This document shows positions 48,555-61,700 of a DNA stretch of 64,000 nucleotides, in pieces. Origin of the DNA: Raillietiella orientalis (lineage: Eukaryota). The notes beneath the pieces are model-generated. The model saw nothing but the letters and a program-made list of their open reading frames with translations. It was not told where the DNA came from and ran no database searches. The stretch is taken from the NCBI GenBank assembly GCA_036172245.1, contig JAYWIR010000101.1, forward strand, positions 124,001 through 188,000, given 5' to 3'. Each line of letters starts with the position of its first letter. Within the stretch, counting starts at the first letter, position 1. Position numbers and translations under genes: made by a program.

Positions 48555-51500
48555 GAGCGAGTCTCGCGTCTCACTCTCTAACCGAGAATCGGCTCCTCCA
48601 CGCGAGTATTCATCGCGTCCGCATGAGCTGTTGCGCGAACATTGCCGCTGGCGTACTCGACAGGAACGGCTAAGCGTTCCAGCGCCACCGAGCATTCGCA
48701 GAGTTGTTTTTTTGTTGAAAGCGGTGCGGGTTTTTTTTTGTTGCCGGCAGTTTTCTTCTCCGACTTTTCTTCTGGCATTAATTTCTTTTTTTTTTCTTTC
48801 CTGGCCTGAACCAGCTGCCAACCCTCCTCCATTTCCGCTTTCACGGGAGCTCTTTCCTCCGACGTCTGTACGGGAGGAAGTGAGGCTGGCAGTTGGGAAC
48901 GGCCATTTTCGCAAGCTGGTCTTTCTACCAGCTTTCCACGTTTTCCCTGCGCCTTTTTGGCGGCAGGGCGCACCGGGGTGGGGCGCTTGAGGCACACGCG
49001 CCGAACGTGACCCTTTTCGCCGCATAGGTGGCACACAGTGTTCGGGCACCTTTTTCGTAGATGCCCTACTGCATTGCAGTAGCCACAAAATTGGCGTTTT
49101 CCCACGTACCAGAGGTCCACCGCTTCTTGGCAGACCTCCAGCTTATGGGGAAGCGCACCACCCTCTTTTACCGTGATACGCGCCGCAGCTTGACCTCCGA
49201 AAAGGCTATTGTAGCCATGGAAAATCGTGGACTTCGGCCACAACGCGTGAACTTCTCCGTGCTTTTGAGGCTGTTCTCGAACCGCTGACCTCGTCATGCG
49301 ACTTGAGATCCCAGTGAGATGGACCACCACGGAGGGGTCCATCGTTATCGGCAAGATCTTACGACCATCAACGATCAGCGGGTCGGTGATCGGGTGTCGG
49401 GCCAAGGTGATATCATTGCATACCACCTCGACCCGCTGCCCGCCGCTGAGAACGTAGAGGCCGTCGAGATCTTTTTTGAAAATATTGGCGTTCTGCAGCG
49501 CCTTCGTAAAGGCGCGTGCAGTTCGCTCATCGAAAAGGTTGCCTACCTTGAAGACTAGCGAGGGTTTATACACCGCTTTCTTGTAGGCTTCCATCTCGGC
49601 CATGGCTTCTACGCTAGGCGCGGCCACCATGACGCTCCATGACCTCGGCGTCTCCGGGGACGATTCCGGGGCGGATGCCCCTGATCCAGTAGGCTGTGTG
49701 GACGAACAAGCCTCCATCACGCCTACTTCCATCGCGGTGTCCTCTGGCAACGCTGCCATCGGACACCGACGATGTGCACGCACAAATAACTCAGCAAGAA
49801 ACTACTCGCTTTGCCACGCTGGCGGAGCGAAGGAAAAGCACGTCCTCTCTGCACAGCGGGGATTCGGGGACGGATTCAGGAACGAGCGGTCATACCTTCA
49901 GGCCCGCAGTTATTCCAGGCGTCCCGACGTCCGTCGCCTGGCAGAATTCAAGGCTGAGGCGGAGAGGCAGGCCTGGCAGTCAGGCTCGGACTGCTTGCTG
50001 GACCATCAGGGCTAAGAACGCTCCAACCCAGCTCAGGTTTTTCACGGGGGTAAGCCGGGGCTTCTATTACTAAGATTTCGAGATTACAAAATTTTGTAAT
50101 AAAGTCTTTGTTGTTGAAATTTTTTTTTTTTAGGACGTCAGACGTTTAGTAGAGAAGTACAGTAGCACTTGTTTTTACCGATCCGGAGGCCGATAAGGTC
50201 CTTCACTGGCGCCGGGGAGAGAAAAATAAAAAGAAAACAAAACAAAAAAAGAAAAACGTCTAGAAAACAATGTTTTTGGGGAGAAGGAGGGAGGGAGGGG
50301 ATCACCGTGCGACGTGAGCAGGCCTTTGCATCCGGTCACGGGTGCGAACAAGTGCCGGCAAATTTTTTCGAAGTCGCCGCCAACGGCACGCTTTCTACAA
50401 GGAGATCGCTTCCCAGTGGATAACATTCCGGGTGGTCCTTCCTCTCCTAGACGCGGTCCACTTCTCCAGGATACCGCGTATACAGCAGAGCACTGCTACG
50501 CTTTCGGAGGCTGGCAAGCCGTCTGGCGTCAGAAAGCGTCTGAATAAATTTTTCGGGTCACCCCCCGGAATGTTGAGGATCGACGAGAGTCTGTCCCACA
50601 TTTCGTGGAGGGCAACACACTTCAGAATCAAGTGGAGGAAATTCTCCCTTTCCCCGCACTCTGCACAACTAGCATCCACATTCCCCGATGTCCAGCGAGA
50701 CAGGCGTGCTCTGCTTAGAAGTCCCCAGTGGAGCAGATGCAACGATGTCTCCTGCCACTGCAGAGGAAGAGTGCCGTTGTCCCATGACGCTGGGGGCCAC
50801 TTCACCTCCTCCGGAGGTATACCGAGTAGCGCGCCCCAGCGTAAAAGTCCGTTCGGCGGGACACTCGGGGTACTAGCGTCCTCTAGTTCCCTCGGCGTCC
50901 ACGCCTTCAGTAATTTCTTCCTGCCTCCGATGAGGCAGGACACTTCTCACGATGCCTGTTGGTTGCTGTCCCGAACTTCCCTGAGGGAGGGCAGCACTGG
51001 GGTAAAGGGGGTGGAGGAAGCCCACAGAAGTTTCCGTGGGTTGGAAACGATCTCCTGGAGTGGCTGACCAGCGTGCCTCCCTCTGCGGAGGAAGGAGAAG
51101 TCCTCATCGCTGGTGCCATTGATCTTCGCCCATGCGGATACGGACTCCTGAAGCCAGGTAGTCCAGTCCGCTGGGATGCAGGAGATCCAAGGGTTGGCTC
51201 TCTTCAGAGCAACCAAGTCCCGCAGCTGATAATCACAATGGTTCAGGCTGCGTTCGTTGGCTACCAGGATTGAAGTCAATCCGAAGCAGCCGGTTGCCCT
51301 GTGAGCAAGGAGTCTTGCTGGTGCAGACCAGGGTGCTGTCCAAAACTTTGCTACAAGGGCAAGTTTTCAGAATTGGAGCATTCGCTCCATGCGCTCCAAC
51401 GTCAGGAGACCAAGTGCACCGTCCCTGCGTAAAGCGCACAAGTCTTTGAGCCAAACGCGGGTCCTCCGGTTGCCCCAGAGGGCTTTACGTATAAGGCCCC

Positions 51501-53100
51501 TAGTCCGTGTCTTAATTTGGTAAGGTGTAGGGCACACAAAAAGTAGGGGGCGAAGGAGGGGGACCGCAAAAGCGTTCCATACCGTGGCCCGTTCCTGCAA
51601 GTGGAACTAGCCGTTTCGGAACGGGCCGATCGCCAGCTCCACCTTTTGTAGACGGTCGGACCAGGCTTCTGCAGAGCAGAAGTCTTCCAACGGAACGCCA
51701 AGGTACTTGATGTACCTGCCCGTGGGGATCCCCAAGCGGATCCAGTCCGACCGTCCGGCCCTCGTCGAGTCGGTGAAAAGCAACGACGATTTCGTCCTGT
51801 TTACCTGGAGGCCTGTCCCACGGTATAGCAACTCTAAGAAATCCTCGAGCGCCGATTCCGTGGTGGACCCGGGAAGCAGGAGCAGAAGATCGTCGTTATA
51901 GGCCGACACGGCAAGCGTGCCGAGACACGAGCTCTGCAGGGTTGCCAAAGTCTCCCTGTATGCTCTGTACACCAATTCATTGTAGATGCTGAAGAGGAGG
52001 GGGCTGAGGCTGTCAGTCTGTTGGATGCCACGACGAACCGGCACGCCGAACACGTGCCGGCCGCTGAAATTGATATTGATGAACGCGAAGCGTTAGCAGC
52101 AGCGCAGGTAGGCCAGGAAAACAACCGGAAAACTCAAGCGTTCCAGGAGCTCCAGAAGAAGCTCCTGGTCGACGCAGTCGACAGCTTTTGGCCCAAGGTC
52201 TGCTTCAATCCCCCATGGTAATGGGGACACGCAAACTACTTCCTATTACGGCTGACCACAGTATGGAGGTCCACCTTTTAGGAGTTACCGCGCGGATGCG
52301 GAAAGAACAGTTACGCGCCGCGTTGGGAAAAGAAGGCACGGTCCATGCAGTATGGACCAAGCCTAGTCCTTTCGAGAACTATACCACAGTTCAGTGCGGC
52401 TCCACGGCTGCCCGTGTGATCGTTAGGGAGGGCTCTACCCTTCCAAACAAACTGGTGGTCGGCGGAGAAAGCGTCGACCTCTGGTACGTGGGAAGCCCAA
52501 ATACTGTGGCTTCTGGAACACGTCGGGACACCTCAAAAGAAGGTGCCCCAACGTACAGTGCGAAGTATGCGGGACAATGGGCCAAACGAAGGAACTGTCC
52601 ACAATCCGCTGTGCGCGTGGTTTCCGCTAGGAGCATAAAAAAACGCACGCGGCTGCTACAGAAGAAACTGGCGGCGGAGGCTGCCGCTAAGCTGTGCCAC
52701 CCACTCCCGTGGTCCAGGCCTCAGCCGACACCCCGGCAACGAATGCCGAAAAGATTGACAAAAGCGGTCAGGTGTTGGAATGGCAAGAAGTCACGGCGAA
52801 AAAGAAAGAAAAGTCGCAGAAAGAACGACGGATCGAAAAAAAGCTCGCCTACCGAAATAAAAAACAGCAGGTTAGCGAGAATTAAAAAGAATGCAGCCTC
52901 GTCGTGGGACGCGTCCCCGCCGAACGCCGCAAGGTAGAAATCGCTGCTACCGGCGAGCAACCCACTGTTGAAAATGTCAACAGCGTGGGGAGCGAACCGG
53001 CGGAAGCGTCCGTCATCGAGACCATGATCGATGACGCCACCTTCGAGTTTGCGGCGGAGGAGCTGGCTGCATCGTTGCAGCCAGCCCCATCCAAGGCCAG

Positions 53101-56100
53101 TTGGTTGACGTGTTTTTCCTTCACTCCTCAAAGGCTAGTAGGAAAGCGCTTTCTTGTGTGTGGTGTTTAGTGTACATCGTCGGTGTCCAATGGCCAAGAC
53201 GCCAGAGGACACCGCGATGGAGGTGAGAGTGGGGGAGGCTAGTTCGCCTTCACAGCCTACTGGAGCAGGGGCAGCCGCCCCGGAATTATCCCCGGCCACG
53301 CCGAGGACATGGAGCGCCATGGTGGCCGCGCCCAGCGCAGAAGCCATGGCGGAGATGGCCGCATACAAGGCCTCCGGGTACAAGCCATCGCTTGTCTACC
53401 AGGTAGGAAACTTGTTCGACGGCCGGACAGCGCGCGCCTTCAGCAAAGCGTTGAAGGACGCGAATGTCACTGAGAAGGATCTGGACGGCCTCTCCGTCCT
53501 CAGCGGCGGGCAGCGGGTCGAGGTGGTCTGCAAAGATGTCACCTGGGCTCACCGCCTAATCCATGCGCCGCTGAACGTAGACGGCCGAAAGATCCTGCCA
53601 GTATCAATGGATCGCTCCGTGGTGGTCCACATGACTGGCATCACCAGCCGCATGACGCGGTCAGCGGTTGGTGAGGAATTGCGGAAATACGGTGAGGTGC
53701 ACGCACTGTGGCCGAAACCCTCCATTTTCGACGGTTTCGATAGCCTTTTTGGTGAGCAGGCTGCAGCGCGGTCACCGTACGGGAGAATTGTGGGCTTCCC
53801 CACAAACTACAGGTGGCGCAAGAAAACGTCGACCTGTGGTATGTAGGGAAGCCCCGGTATTGCGGGCATTGTGATACCGTGGGACACCTACGTAAAAGGT
53901 GTCCCAATATACAATGCCATTTGTGCGGGGAGCGGGGCCACGTTCGGCGCGTGTGTCCCAAACGCCCCACCCCGGTTCCCCCTGCCGCGAAAACAGCGCA
54001 GGGGAAACGTGCTTCAAAGGTCTCTAGATCTAAAGTAGAAAAGGGCCAGCACAAGCTGCCAACACCTCAACCTCCAGAGCGTAAGCCGGAGGATAAACCT
54101 TCTGAAACGGTGGAAGGCGAAGAGGGATGGCAGCTTGTAGAGGCCAGAAAGCCGAGGAAACTCCCACCCGCGGAGAGCAAAGAGCGCAAGACGGCCGGTA
54201 AGCCGAAGAAACCCGGTCCGCGCTCGAAAACTTTGCGCGAGTGCACGGTGGCACTGGAACGAATCGTCGTTCCCGAGATTGCCACCCGGAGCGTCGATCC
54301 TGCCCTTGCCGTTTCCGCTGCGCCCGAGGCTTGCGACGCCGAACCCTCTGTTTACACAGAGGGTGAGCCGCGCGACATAGCGGCGGTCGAAGCCGCGAAC
54401 GGCGCGTTCGCGCAGGCGGCGGAGGAGCTCGCGGTCACGCTGGCCGAGCGTGAGAACCCGTCGCGCAAGGCCGTGCGAAGGCCGGCTCCGGCGAAGAAGG
54501 CCCCCAAAGGTGAGTTAGACCTGGGGGCCGGAAGCACATCCTCCTTCTCGGATGCACCCCCCAGGAAGTCGGGACGCAAGTCCCATAAGCCCAGGAGGCG
54601 CCTCCCCTCCACCAGCGAGGAGGAGAAGACGGAAGCCGTCGCCAGCGTGGGAAATTCGGAGGAGGAATTCCCACGCTCGGAAGCCGTCGATCCGGCCACC
54701 CCCATGAAGGAGGGTGAACAGGGGGCAGAAGTCCCATCTGCAGGCGCCGACCCTGAACAGCCCGCCCCCATGGAGGAGGGCGAGCAGGTAGGCGCGTCTC
54801 CACCTGCGGGTGATCCGGCCGACGCACCGGCACCGATGGAGGAGGGGGACCAGGTGCCTTCAGCACCTGACCCCCCTCCTACACCTAGCGTCCCGCCCCA
54901 GCAGGTGGCGGACGCCGCACTGCCATCTTCCCAGGAGTAACACCTGGGCTCGCCAGTCGCCGTCGGATTCGCGCGGCCTGTTGGAATGTCAACGGGCTGC
55001 GCGACGACGGTAACAGGCGAGATACAGCCGACACCCTGCGGGAGTTCGACCTGGCCCTGTTGTAGGAGATCCACGTGATCACCGCGGCAGACGTCCAGGA
55101 GATCGAGACGATCGCGGGGGGTCGGCTGTACTGGCAATGCGGCATCCGGAACACCTGCGGGGTCGCGTTCTTCGTGAAGCCGGCCGTCGACGCTGACGTG
55201 AAGGGCGTGCGCTTCGATGAAGACGGTCGGGTCGGTCAGCTGACTCTCGGGTGGTCCGACTCGATCGATCTGATCGTCACGAATGTGTACGCCCCAACCG
55301 GTCAAAAGGGATACAGCAACCGTGCCAGGCTGCTTGAATCCCTGAAGCGCGACTGGCTGGCGAACACGAGCGTGCGGAAGGCTAACCTGATAGTGGGAGA
55401 TTTCAATCTCCGCCTGCTAACAGGGGAGCCGGAAACACAGGTGAACGCGATGAACGAGTTGTGCGCCGCCATGCGTGCGCGCAACTTCTTCGCGGGTGAG
55501 AGGGGAATGGTCCGCAGCATCGACCACGTCTTCCGCGACGGTGACCTGTGTTCACGGGTAGGCAAACGGGGGAGGGATGCGTCAACGTTCTCGGACCATT
55601 ACCGGTTAATTTTCGAGATGCCGCCTCGCGACCGAAGACCGCCATCCAGGGACTGGCGTCTGCTGGGGGACTGGACGCGACTCTCAGGTGCGAAGGAACA
55701 CCTTCGCGAATACCTGAGAGGTGTCACGCTCCGGAATCTCCAAGACTGGGACCTTTTTAAGGAATCGGTCCGGGAATTCTGCGAGCAGTTCCCCCTGGAC
55801 CGCCTGCCCTCCGGATTTGGCGAGGGTCCTCGCAACCATCGGGCCTATTTACAGGCCCGAAGGTACGAGCGAACCCCTAATGTCCGTCGCCTGACCGAGT
55901 ACCGCGCCGGGGCCGAACGCCAAGCCTGGCAATCCGGGTCGGCCAGCTTGCTGGACGACCAGGGCCGGGAATGTTCGTCCCCGGCGTCGGTACGGCATCT
56001 CGTGCGGAGTTATTATTCCTCCCTTTACGCCAGGGCGACCCCGGATCAAGATGCCTCTCGGCTCTTGCTTCCGGATGGTGCCCCGGCAATAGGGGAGGAG

Positions 56101-58744
56101 GAGTCGTTAAGCCTCGATGAGCCTTTAACCACCGGCGAAGTTCTCGCCGGTATCAAAAGGCTCAAGAGGCGGAAAGCTCCAGGGGAAGACGGCTTGCCCG
56201 CGGAGTTCTATCAGAGCTTCGCGGAAGAGCTGGCACCCCTGCTGCTTCAGCTGACAAAGCTGATCCGAGACGAAGGCGATGTTCCCGCCTCGTTTCGGTC
56301 AGCCAGAGGGAGGCTCCTTCCGAAAGGGGGAGACCTTAGGAATTTGAACAACTGGCGTCCGATCACGATTGTGAATAGGGACGCCAAGTTGGTAGCCGGG
56401 CTATGGGCTTCGCGTCTGGAGCAGGTGGCAGAATCCAATATTAGCCCGGAGCAGACATATGCTGTTACCGGGCGAAGTATGGATCCCAACCTCTTCTTCG
56501 CGAGCACGTGGATGCACGCGCAGAGGTGTCAAAAGGAAGGGAAAGAAAAAATCGACAACCCCACTTTGGTGCAGCCAGCAGGGCAGGGAATGGATTCCCG
56601 GGCGGGGAAGGGGGCCTTAGCGCTCGCGGTCGATCTCCATAAGGCGTTCGACTGTGTTGACCAGGGGCTTTTTTTTGAGCTCCTGGGTCGCATGGGCTTC
56701 CCACCCTCCTTGATCAACTACCTGCGCTCCTGCTGACGCCATGCGATAATTTCCGTCTCTTTCAGCAGTCAGAAGGTGCATGGCGTGCCGGTGCGGCGGG
56801 GCAACAGGCAGGGAGATAGCCTGAGTCCCCTGCTCTTCAGCACCTACTTTGAGTTGGTGCTGAGAGCCTACAGGGTGACTTTGGCCTCCTTGCCGAGCTC
56901 GTGTCCCGGCACGCCCGCCTTAGCAGCCTATGCCGACGATCTTCTGCTCCTGTTACCTATGTCCACCCCGGCGAAGGCGGTCGGAGACTTCTTCGATCTG
57001 CTCAGCCGTGGGACCGGACTGCAGGTCAACAGGGCGAAGTCGTCGGTGGTGCCAGTAGGTGCGGCGTGGGCAGGGCAGCAGGACTGGGTCCGTCTGGGGA
57101 TTTTTACGGCGAGGTGCCTCGAGTACCTTGGTGTGCCGTTGGGTGACTACTCCCCTGCGGAAGCGTGGTCCAGCTGTCTTCAAAAAGTTGAGACGGCGAT
57201 CGGCCCGTTCCTGGAAGGCAAGTTTCACTTGCCGGAACGGGCCGCGGTTTGGAACGCCTTCGCGGCCCCCATCCTCCGCCCCTTGCTTTTTGTTTGCCCC
57301 GCCCCCAGAGAATGCCAAAAGAGGACGAAGGACCTCCTCCGCATCGCCCTTTGGGGCAAGGGGAGGCCCCGAGTCCCTCTGCAGGACTTGTGCGCTCCGC
57401 GTCGGGACGGCGGCCTTGGCCTCCTGACGCTGGAGCGGGTGGAAATCCAGCTGCGGTGGCGAACCCTCGCCATCGCAGCGAAGATGTGGAGCACCCCTTG
57501 GTGCGTTCCGGCCCGCCACCTCGCCAGGCGTGTGTCCCGATGCGAAGGACTCGCGTCGTTTCTTCTGTGCGCTGGCCGGAAGATCCGAAGATGCGGCCTT
57601 ATGATCGGACGCATAGCAACCTTGGCGAAAACGAACGGTTGGATGGTTTGTGGCCCCGCCAACTCCTCCGCCTGGTTGGAGGAGTCTGCTGGCACATGGG
57701 CTAAGCTGAACCGGAGGAGTAAAAACAATATGAACTTCCTGTGGATCGGCCCATACGCCAACCGCACCCTGCGGGAAATACTGGAATTTCAATGGAGTCG
57801 CAGGTGGGCATTCATGACCCCCTTTGCTACGGCGATGCCCTACCTGTTGAGGGCGCTTCAGGATCGCCAGAAGCCGAGGTGGCAAGTCACCTGCCAGATC
57901 GCAGGCAGGGAGAAGATGTTAAGCGGCTGGACCACAGGAGAACTGGCGGACGCCACGACCCCGAGCGTCCAGCCGCGTAAACTAATGAGATGGGGCGAGC
58001 TGCACGCCATCCCTACGGATGTGCTGAAGTGGCCCCCTGTATTAAAGGAATCCAGGATCCTGCCCCTTAAGTGGCAAGAGTCGGCGTTGCTTTTGTTGCA
58101 CTGGGGTCTACCCTGCAACGCGCGCCGCTTCCACTGGACAAGTGGAGCTGTGGATCCTGCGTGTGCCAGGTGCGGGGAGCGGGAGTCGCTTCCCCACCTT
58201 ATTGTGGATTGTGCTGCCATCCGACCCCTCTGGGAACGGTTCGGGGCGACCCTAGGGCTCCCTACGGACAGCACCCCTAGAGACGTTCTTCGGCCCCTCT
58301 TCGTGAAGGACGCACTGCAGCCAGACGCAGTCATCGCAGCCTTGTGCTGTGTCCGTGGCATCGTGGCGGCATGGAGCGACGCCAATAACGAAGGAGTGGG
58401 TCCACACGCGAGGGATGTCATCCTATACGCCCAACGCTTTATGCGGAGAGCTGCCTGATGGCCCCAACTGGGGAATATACGGACGGACCTCGAGGGCTTC
58501 CTTCAGCGGATGGGCCCTCCTCACAGCGTTTAGTGATCCCTTCCCTGCCCTCCAACTTCTTTTTGTCTGTTTATTTTTTATTTTTCTTTTTGTTTTATCC
58601 CTATCCCCATTCGCTGCTGAGGAACGCTGCGCTGGGCTGCGTCCCGGCGTCCTGGCAGGTCCAGTGTATATGGCCGTGAGCGGGGCCTTGTACCGCGGAT
58701 GTAGGGTTTTAACAATAAACGCCCCGTGCGTACCCGGGTGTAAA
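53101..58744 (+). mobile_element. Full-length Tx1 B variant (~5.64 kb)
   Basis: Leader, ORF1 53190-54940 (frameshift ~53780), ORF2 54940-58536 with stops; degenerate TSD catccaaggccag / cctccaagtctgg. Confidence 0.9.
58714..58744 (+). terminator. AATAAA plus terminal CCCGG-N5/6-CCGGG hairpin (representative element 3' end)
   Basis: Recurs, variably degraded, at ~15 element 3' ends. Confidence 0.7.
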
Positions 58745-61700
58745 CCTCCAAGTCTGGCAAAAAGGCAGTGAGGCGCCAGGCCTCCACCGAGGAGTCGGTA
58801 ACCTCCGACCCCAAAGCGCAGACCGGAAACCAAGTTTACCTCTTCGCGGCACCCCTCCGGAAGGCTGGAAGGAATTCCAGCAAACCCCGGAAAGCCCCTC
58901 TCTAGGTCGAAGGCGTTGAGATGACTTCCGACTGCGAGGGTGCGGTGAGCGTGGGAGAATTCCGGGAATCGTCACTCGAGAGACCACCACGCACAGACAC
59001 GGAGGAGATGGAGGGGGTTGAAGCTGGAAAGGTACCCAAGGTGCCTGAGGAGGCTGAAACCCTAATGGTCATCTCACTTGCCTCGGAAGAGGCGGGTTCC
59101 CCCACACCGTCATCTTCCCGGCAGTAATGCCGGGAATCTCCTCCCGCCGTCGTCTGCGCATCGCCGTTTGGAACGTAAACGGCATGACAGACGCCGGCAG
59201 GAGACGAGACATGGCCGCCCTTCTGGAGTTCCACGACGTTGTGCTGCTGCATGAGATCCATGTGATCTCTGCAGAACAAGCGCAGGAGATCGAACGCATC
59301 TACGGAGGGCGGCTGTGGTATCGGTGTGGAACATCGAGAAGTTGTGGTGTCGCCTACCTGCTTCGGCCAGCCATCGATGCCGCCGCTTGTGGAGTGCGGT
59401 TCGACGATCACGGTCGTGTCGGCCAGATCACTCTCAGTGGGTCCGACTCGATCGACCTGATCGTTACAAACGTTCACGCCCCGAGCGGAGCGGACCTGAC
59501 GAAAATGAGAGCCAGAAAAGAATTTTTCCTTGCCCTACATCGCGACTGGTTGACCAAGGCAGGCGTGCGGAATGCCCATCTGGTGGCAGACGATTTTAAC
59601 GATCGTCTGAAACTGGATAGGCCGAATCACGAGCGTGTCCTGGTCAACGAGGTGTGCGCGGCGGTGCACACTTGTAATTTGTTGGCCAGTGTCCCAGGGA
59701 TGGAGGACAACATCGATCACGTTTTCTTTGACGAGCATCTGTGCACTCGTGTGGGCAGGCGGTGCAAGTTGCCGTGTGAGTTGTCCGACCATCGACCAAT
59801 CGTGATTGAAATCCATTCGCGCCACAGGGGCTTCCCCTCGTCAGCGTGGCGTTTGCGAGGGGACCGGTTGAAGTCCCCGGAAGCGACGGAAGATCTCCGC
59901 ACGTTTATACGGAGCTTTATGATGCAGACACTCTAGGATTGGGACCGCTTCAAATGGTCGGTCCAGGAGTTCTTCGACCAGTTCCCTCGGCACTGCCTTC
60001 CTTCGGGATTTGAGGACCGGGTACGTAACGGAGGAGCCTATCTGCAGGCTCGCCGTTACGCCAGGACCCCCGACATCCGCAGGCTGGCGGAATACAAAGC
60101 GGGAGCCGAGTGCCAAGCCTGGAAGTCAGGATCGGCCAGCTTGCTGGACGATCAGGGCGAGGAGCATTCGGCACCCGCTCAAATCTGCGGTCTGCTGCGG
60201 CGTTCTTTCTCCTCTCTGTACGCAAGAACGCCTCCCGAGCGGGATTTCTCACGAATCCTGCTTCCGGAAGGCGCTCCTGCGATCGGGAAAGAGGAGGAAA
60301 AGTCCCTCGACGAATCTCTTACGATGGGCGAGATCATCTCGGCCATCGGAAAGCTCAAGAGGCGAAAGGCTCCAGGGGAGGACGGCCTGTCCGCGGAGTT
60401 TTATCAAACTTTCGCGGCTGAGCTAACCCCCCTGGTACATCAACTCACCCTGCTAATACGCGAGACAGGTGACGTTCCCGCCTCGTTTCGTTCGGCAAAG
60501 GTGCGGCTTCTCCCTAAGGGAGGAGATCTGAGGAGCATGAACAACTGGCGTCCCATCACAATAGTGAATGCGGACGCCAAGTTGCTAGCCAAGCTGTGGG
60601 CAGAGCGCCTGTGACGGGTTGCATACGCCTCCATCAGCCCGGAACAGACGTATGCTATTCCGGGGCGAAGCATGGAGGCGAACCTGTTCCACGCTTCCAC
60701 CTGGCTAAAGCGCCAACACGAAAGGGGCTTGATGCGCACCGGAAATTCCGTTGAGCCCGTCAATCGTGCGACGGATGGTCGGAAGGTTGAGGGAGCACTT
60801 GCGGTCGCTGTCGACTTGCGGAAAGCATTTGACAGCGTCGACCAGAATCTCCTGCTGGCGCTTTTGAAACGCTTGAGTTCCCGGCCTCATTATTGGTTTA
60901 TCTGCGCTCCAGCTGGCGCGATTCGCAAATCAATGTAACCTTCCGCGGGCATACTTTTCACGGCGTGCCGGTGTGACGTGGGTTCCGGCAAGGAGACAGC
61001 TTGAGCCCCATGCTCTTCAGTACCTACTTTGAGTTGGTACTGAGAGCGTACAGGGGAACTCTGGCGCACCTGCCGCATGAATGCGCCGGAACGCCTGCGG
61101 TTTCAGCATATGCGGACGACAACCTGCTACTGCTTCCTATGTCCACCCGGGCTTCGGCGGTCGAGAAGTTCTTCGACCTGCTGAATCGAGGAACCGGGCT
61201 TACGGTGAACAGGGCGAAGTCGTCCGTGATGCCAGTTGGTGCGGCGTGGGCAGGGCAGCAGGACTGTATCCTTTTGTGGATCCCCACGGTGAGGTACTTC
61301 AAGTACCTAGGTGTGCCGTTGGGGGACTACTCCCCTGCCGAAGCGTGGTCCGGCTGCCTTCAAAAAGTAGAGACGGCTATCGGCCCGTTCCGAGGCGGCA
61401 GGTTTTTCCTGCCTGAACGGGCCGCGGTTTGGAACATGTTCGCGGCTCCTCTACTCCGTTCAATGCTTTTTGTTTGCATCCCCACAGAGAGGATCCAAAA
61501 GCGGACGAAGGACCTCCTCCGTATCGATCTTTGGGACAATGGGAGGGCCCGAGTCTGCTTGAGGGACTTGTGCGCTCGGCGTCGGGACGGTGATCTCGGC
61601 CTCCTGACATTGGAGCGGCTGCAGCTGCAGCTCCAGTTCCGGATTTTGGCACTTGTGCCGGAGTTGTGGTGCACCTGTTGGTGCGTCCCTGAACGTCTTC

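Larger units (their letters stand above)
19676..49855 (-). mobile_element. Full-length Tx1 B, split (47415-49855 + 19676-23019)
   Basis: Leader, ORF1 (ATG 49759), APE to AGDFN; resumes FNLRL at 23019 through RT, CCHC and 3'UTR. Confidence 0.88.
18335..50039 (+). mobile_element. Tx1 lineage D host, split (18335-19675 + 49856-50039)
   Basis: ORF1 C-terminus (stop 18789); ORF2 APE from ATG 18798 to LPRGFDD, resuming RGFGDGFRNERSYLQAR; TSD gcggggcttcgacga / gcggggattcgggga. Confidence 0.78.
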
